Part shown: piece after piece, positions 63,713 through 64,000 of the stretch
How the letters are laid out: each line of letters begins with the position of its first letter
Position numbering within the stretch: the first letter of the stretch is position 1
Assembly: GCF_006345805.1 (NCBI RefSeq)
Contig: NC_043005.1
Location: 6,076,001 to 6,140,000 of the forward strand
Origin: Octopus sinensis
Taxonomy: Eukaryota
Reading direction: 5' to 3'
DNA length: 64,000 nt
Position numbers and translations under genes: made by a program
Notes under the pieces: generated by a model
Told to the model about the DNA's origin: nothing
The model's input: only the letters and a program-made list of their open reading frames with translations
Databases searched by the model: none

Positions 63713-64000
63713 GTGAGAGAAAAGGAGTCAGAGGGTAAGGGAGCAGCAGGCAAATGTGATGAGAGAAGTAAAGGAGAGAGAGAGACCCTGGAAGGGACCA
63801 TTAGGTCAGTATTCAAGCTCTCGAGGACCATAACCAGCCAAGCTATTCTAGTGGTAGCCTTGAACAGATTGGCTTTTAGGATAATTAAAGTAAATGAATA
63901 ATTAACTACACAGTTATTACCAGTTAACTTGGATTTGGAAATCAAGGAATTTGTTTGATCCATTGACATGTTTTGGTGAGAATTTCATTGTTAAGGAAAC
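50760..64000 (-). CDS. Integrin alpha subunit, 5'-partial, 9 exons: complement(join(50760..50825,52684..52809,53207..53317,55468..55581,57201..57266,58698..58859,61730..61847,62140..62229,63921..>64000))
   Basis: The phases chain cleanly (2,2,0,0,0,0,0,0) to 933 nt = 310 aa + stop. The product has Calf-1/Calf-2 motifs (GPSVEHLYEMRNKG...LTIQWP; C..C..ITC.LG.L......VRSKLW), an RKRR furin site, a 24-aa hydrophobic TM and the GFFKR tail. It most resembles the RGD-binding clade (alphaV/alpha8/PS2/PAT-2), which is an inference. Confidence 0.93.
52684..52809 (-). CDS. Integrin alpha TM exon: LYTLVNPEKLVPKSRSIPIWVIAIAVAAGILLLFLLIVLLWW
   Basis: tttcttgtag| acceptor, TGG|gtaagt donor; P.W.I..AV..G.LLL TM signature. 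Confidence 0.95.
53207..53317 (-). CDS. Integrin alpha exon: MEYLDKHQILSKAKLVVTSIPYDLKWDPYDFPSATKE
   Basis: cattacag| acceptor, GAG|gtttgt donor; S.A.......PY motif. Confidence 0.88.
53368..53574 (+). mobile_element. SINE family D
   Basis: aaggtgacaagctggtagaa...ttctgagttcaaatt...aggtcgactttgcc...aaaatttgaaacc. Confidence 0.8.
53575..53875. repeat. (ATT/ATC/GTT)n trinucleotide mosaic
   Basis: Source of the poly-I/L ORFs. Confidence 0.95.
53880..54180 (+). mobile_element. SINE family G
   Basis: Collinear with 24650..24925. Confidence 0.65.
54330..54412. repeat. 83-bp near-perfect palindrome (41-bp arms, 2 mismatches)
   Basis: aaaggattgaggtaactcc...gagtcaaaa|a|ttttgactc...ggagttacctcaatccttt. 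Confidence 0.92.
54790..55295 (+). mobile_element. SINE family E, tail type 3
   Basis: Same head; continues into the gtgtcacattgaatctcc...ccacttgcac module also seen at ~32040-32420 (-) and ~43355-43660 (-). Confidence 0.75.
55468..55581 (-). CDS. Integrin alpha exon: NCTGKWCSNITCTLGYLKKGDNILVQVRSKLWTSTLLK
   Basis: ttctttttcag| acceptor, AAG|gtaaga donor; Calf-2 C..C..I.C and RS.LW motifs. Confidence 0.93.
57201..57266 (-). CDS. Integrin alpha 66-nt exon with furin site: KKFQLSNTRKRRETEEKFLYTL
   Basis: ttttcttttgcag| acceptor, |gtatgt donor; phase 0-0; RKRR sits where alpha chains are cleaved into heavy and light chains. The ORF track shows a different frame here. Confidence 0.85.
58170..58589. 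mobile_element. hAT-like MITE (420 bp)
   Basis: 14-bp TIRs CAGGGCTGGATTAA / TTAATTCAGCACTG; 8-bp TSD gtactttg (58162-58169) / gtgctttg (58590-58597). Confidence 0.75.
58698..58859 (-). CDS. Integrin alpha exon: MRNKGDSDVSKSILTIQWPSYDVKGNPLLELVGIPTVISGEGSCEVETTPRITQ
   Basis: ttttcag| acceptor, CAG|gtaaca donor; RN.G.S......L.I.WP motif. Confidence 0.92.
59260..59722 (+). mobile_element. Decayed RTE/BovB-like LINE C-terminal fragment
   Basis: ORF segment VLYDELEQGK...YFKDLFQRHLK..NINANTWEDLATERRLW matches the RTE-clade C-terminal pattern. Confidence 0.75.
59883..60545. mobile_element. Penelope-like inverted-repeat element: ~250-bp arms, each with a tRNA-like head, (AAT)n and a degenerate hammerhead motif
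   Basis: Arms 59912..60165 and 60291..60544 are reverse complements; ctgatga-a-ggctg...caacc-aaaat-gtt at 60457-60502. Confidence 0.7.
61730..61847 (-). CDS. Integrin alpha exon: KSTPDQVIYNSSQGDEIRESYMYNKTIAKHGPSVEHLYE
   Basis: ctatttcag| acceptor, GAG|gtgggc donor; S.P.QV...GP.V.H.YE Calf-2 motif. Confidence 0.9.
62140..62229 (-). CDS. Integrin alpha exon: SNKEEKQDIHNNFHNVSIPVKAAADIIIL(G)
   Basis: tcttccacag| acceptor, GG|gtaagt donor; Calf-1/Calf-2 junction motif. Confidence 0.88.
63661..63708. repeat. (GA)n microsatellite
   Basis: Direct inspection. Confidence 0.95.
63921..64000 (-). CDS. Integrin alpha exon (Calf-1, runs off window): VSLTMKFSPKHVNGSNKFLDFQIQVN(C)
   Basis: Open frame to the window edge; TG|gtaata donor in phase 2 matches the next exon. 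Confidence 0.75.

Noticed and set aside
63574-63969. 131-aa ORFs near the window end
   Set aside because: They are driven by the (GA)n repeat. The real exon (63921-64000) is in a different frame.

Overview
This is eukaryotic (metazoan) genomic DNA: intron-rich, AT-rich and dense in microsatellites and SINEs. The repeat landscape suggests a coleoid cephalopod such as Octopus (inference). It holds the 3' parts of two convergent spliced genes, both reconstructed by hand with GT-AG junctions and consistent intron phases. (1) On the + strand, 13 exons between 749 and 32808 (3155 nt, about 1050 aa) encode a LAP1-class LRR + single-PDZ scaffold of the Erbin/Densin(LRRC7)/Lap1 type. (2) On the - strand, 9 exons between 64000 and 50760 (933 nt, 310 aa) encode the C-terminal part of an integrin alpha: Calf-1/Calf-2, an RKRR furin site, the TM helix and the GFFKR tail. 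Introns and the intergenic region carry many tRNA-derived SINE families, a decayed CR1/L2-type LINE, RTE fragments (one with a 10-bp TSD), a decayed Chapaev3-like DNA transposon, hAT- and piggyBac-like MITEs, a 45-bp minisatellite with 7-unit higher-order periodicity, and a 100-N gap. The most unusual signal is a set of inverted-repeat elements carrying minimal type-I hammerhead ribozyme motifs of the Penelope-like-element kind. One of these joins a tRNA-like Pol III head to the hammerhead. Most ORFs in the supplied track are artefacts of microsatellites or SINEs. No prokaryotic features, CRISPR arrays or genuine tRNA/rRNA genes were found. Exon coordinates are counted to the base; repeat boundaries are approximate.
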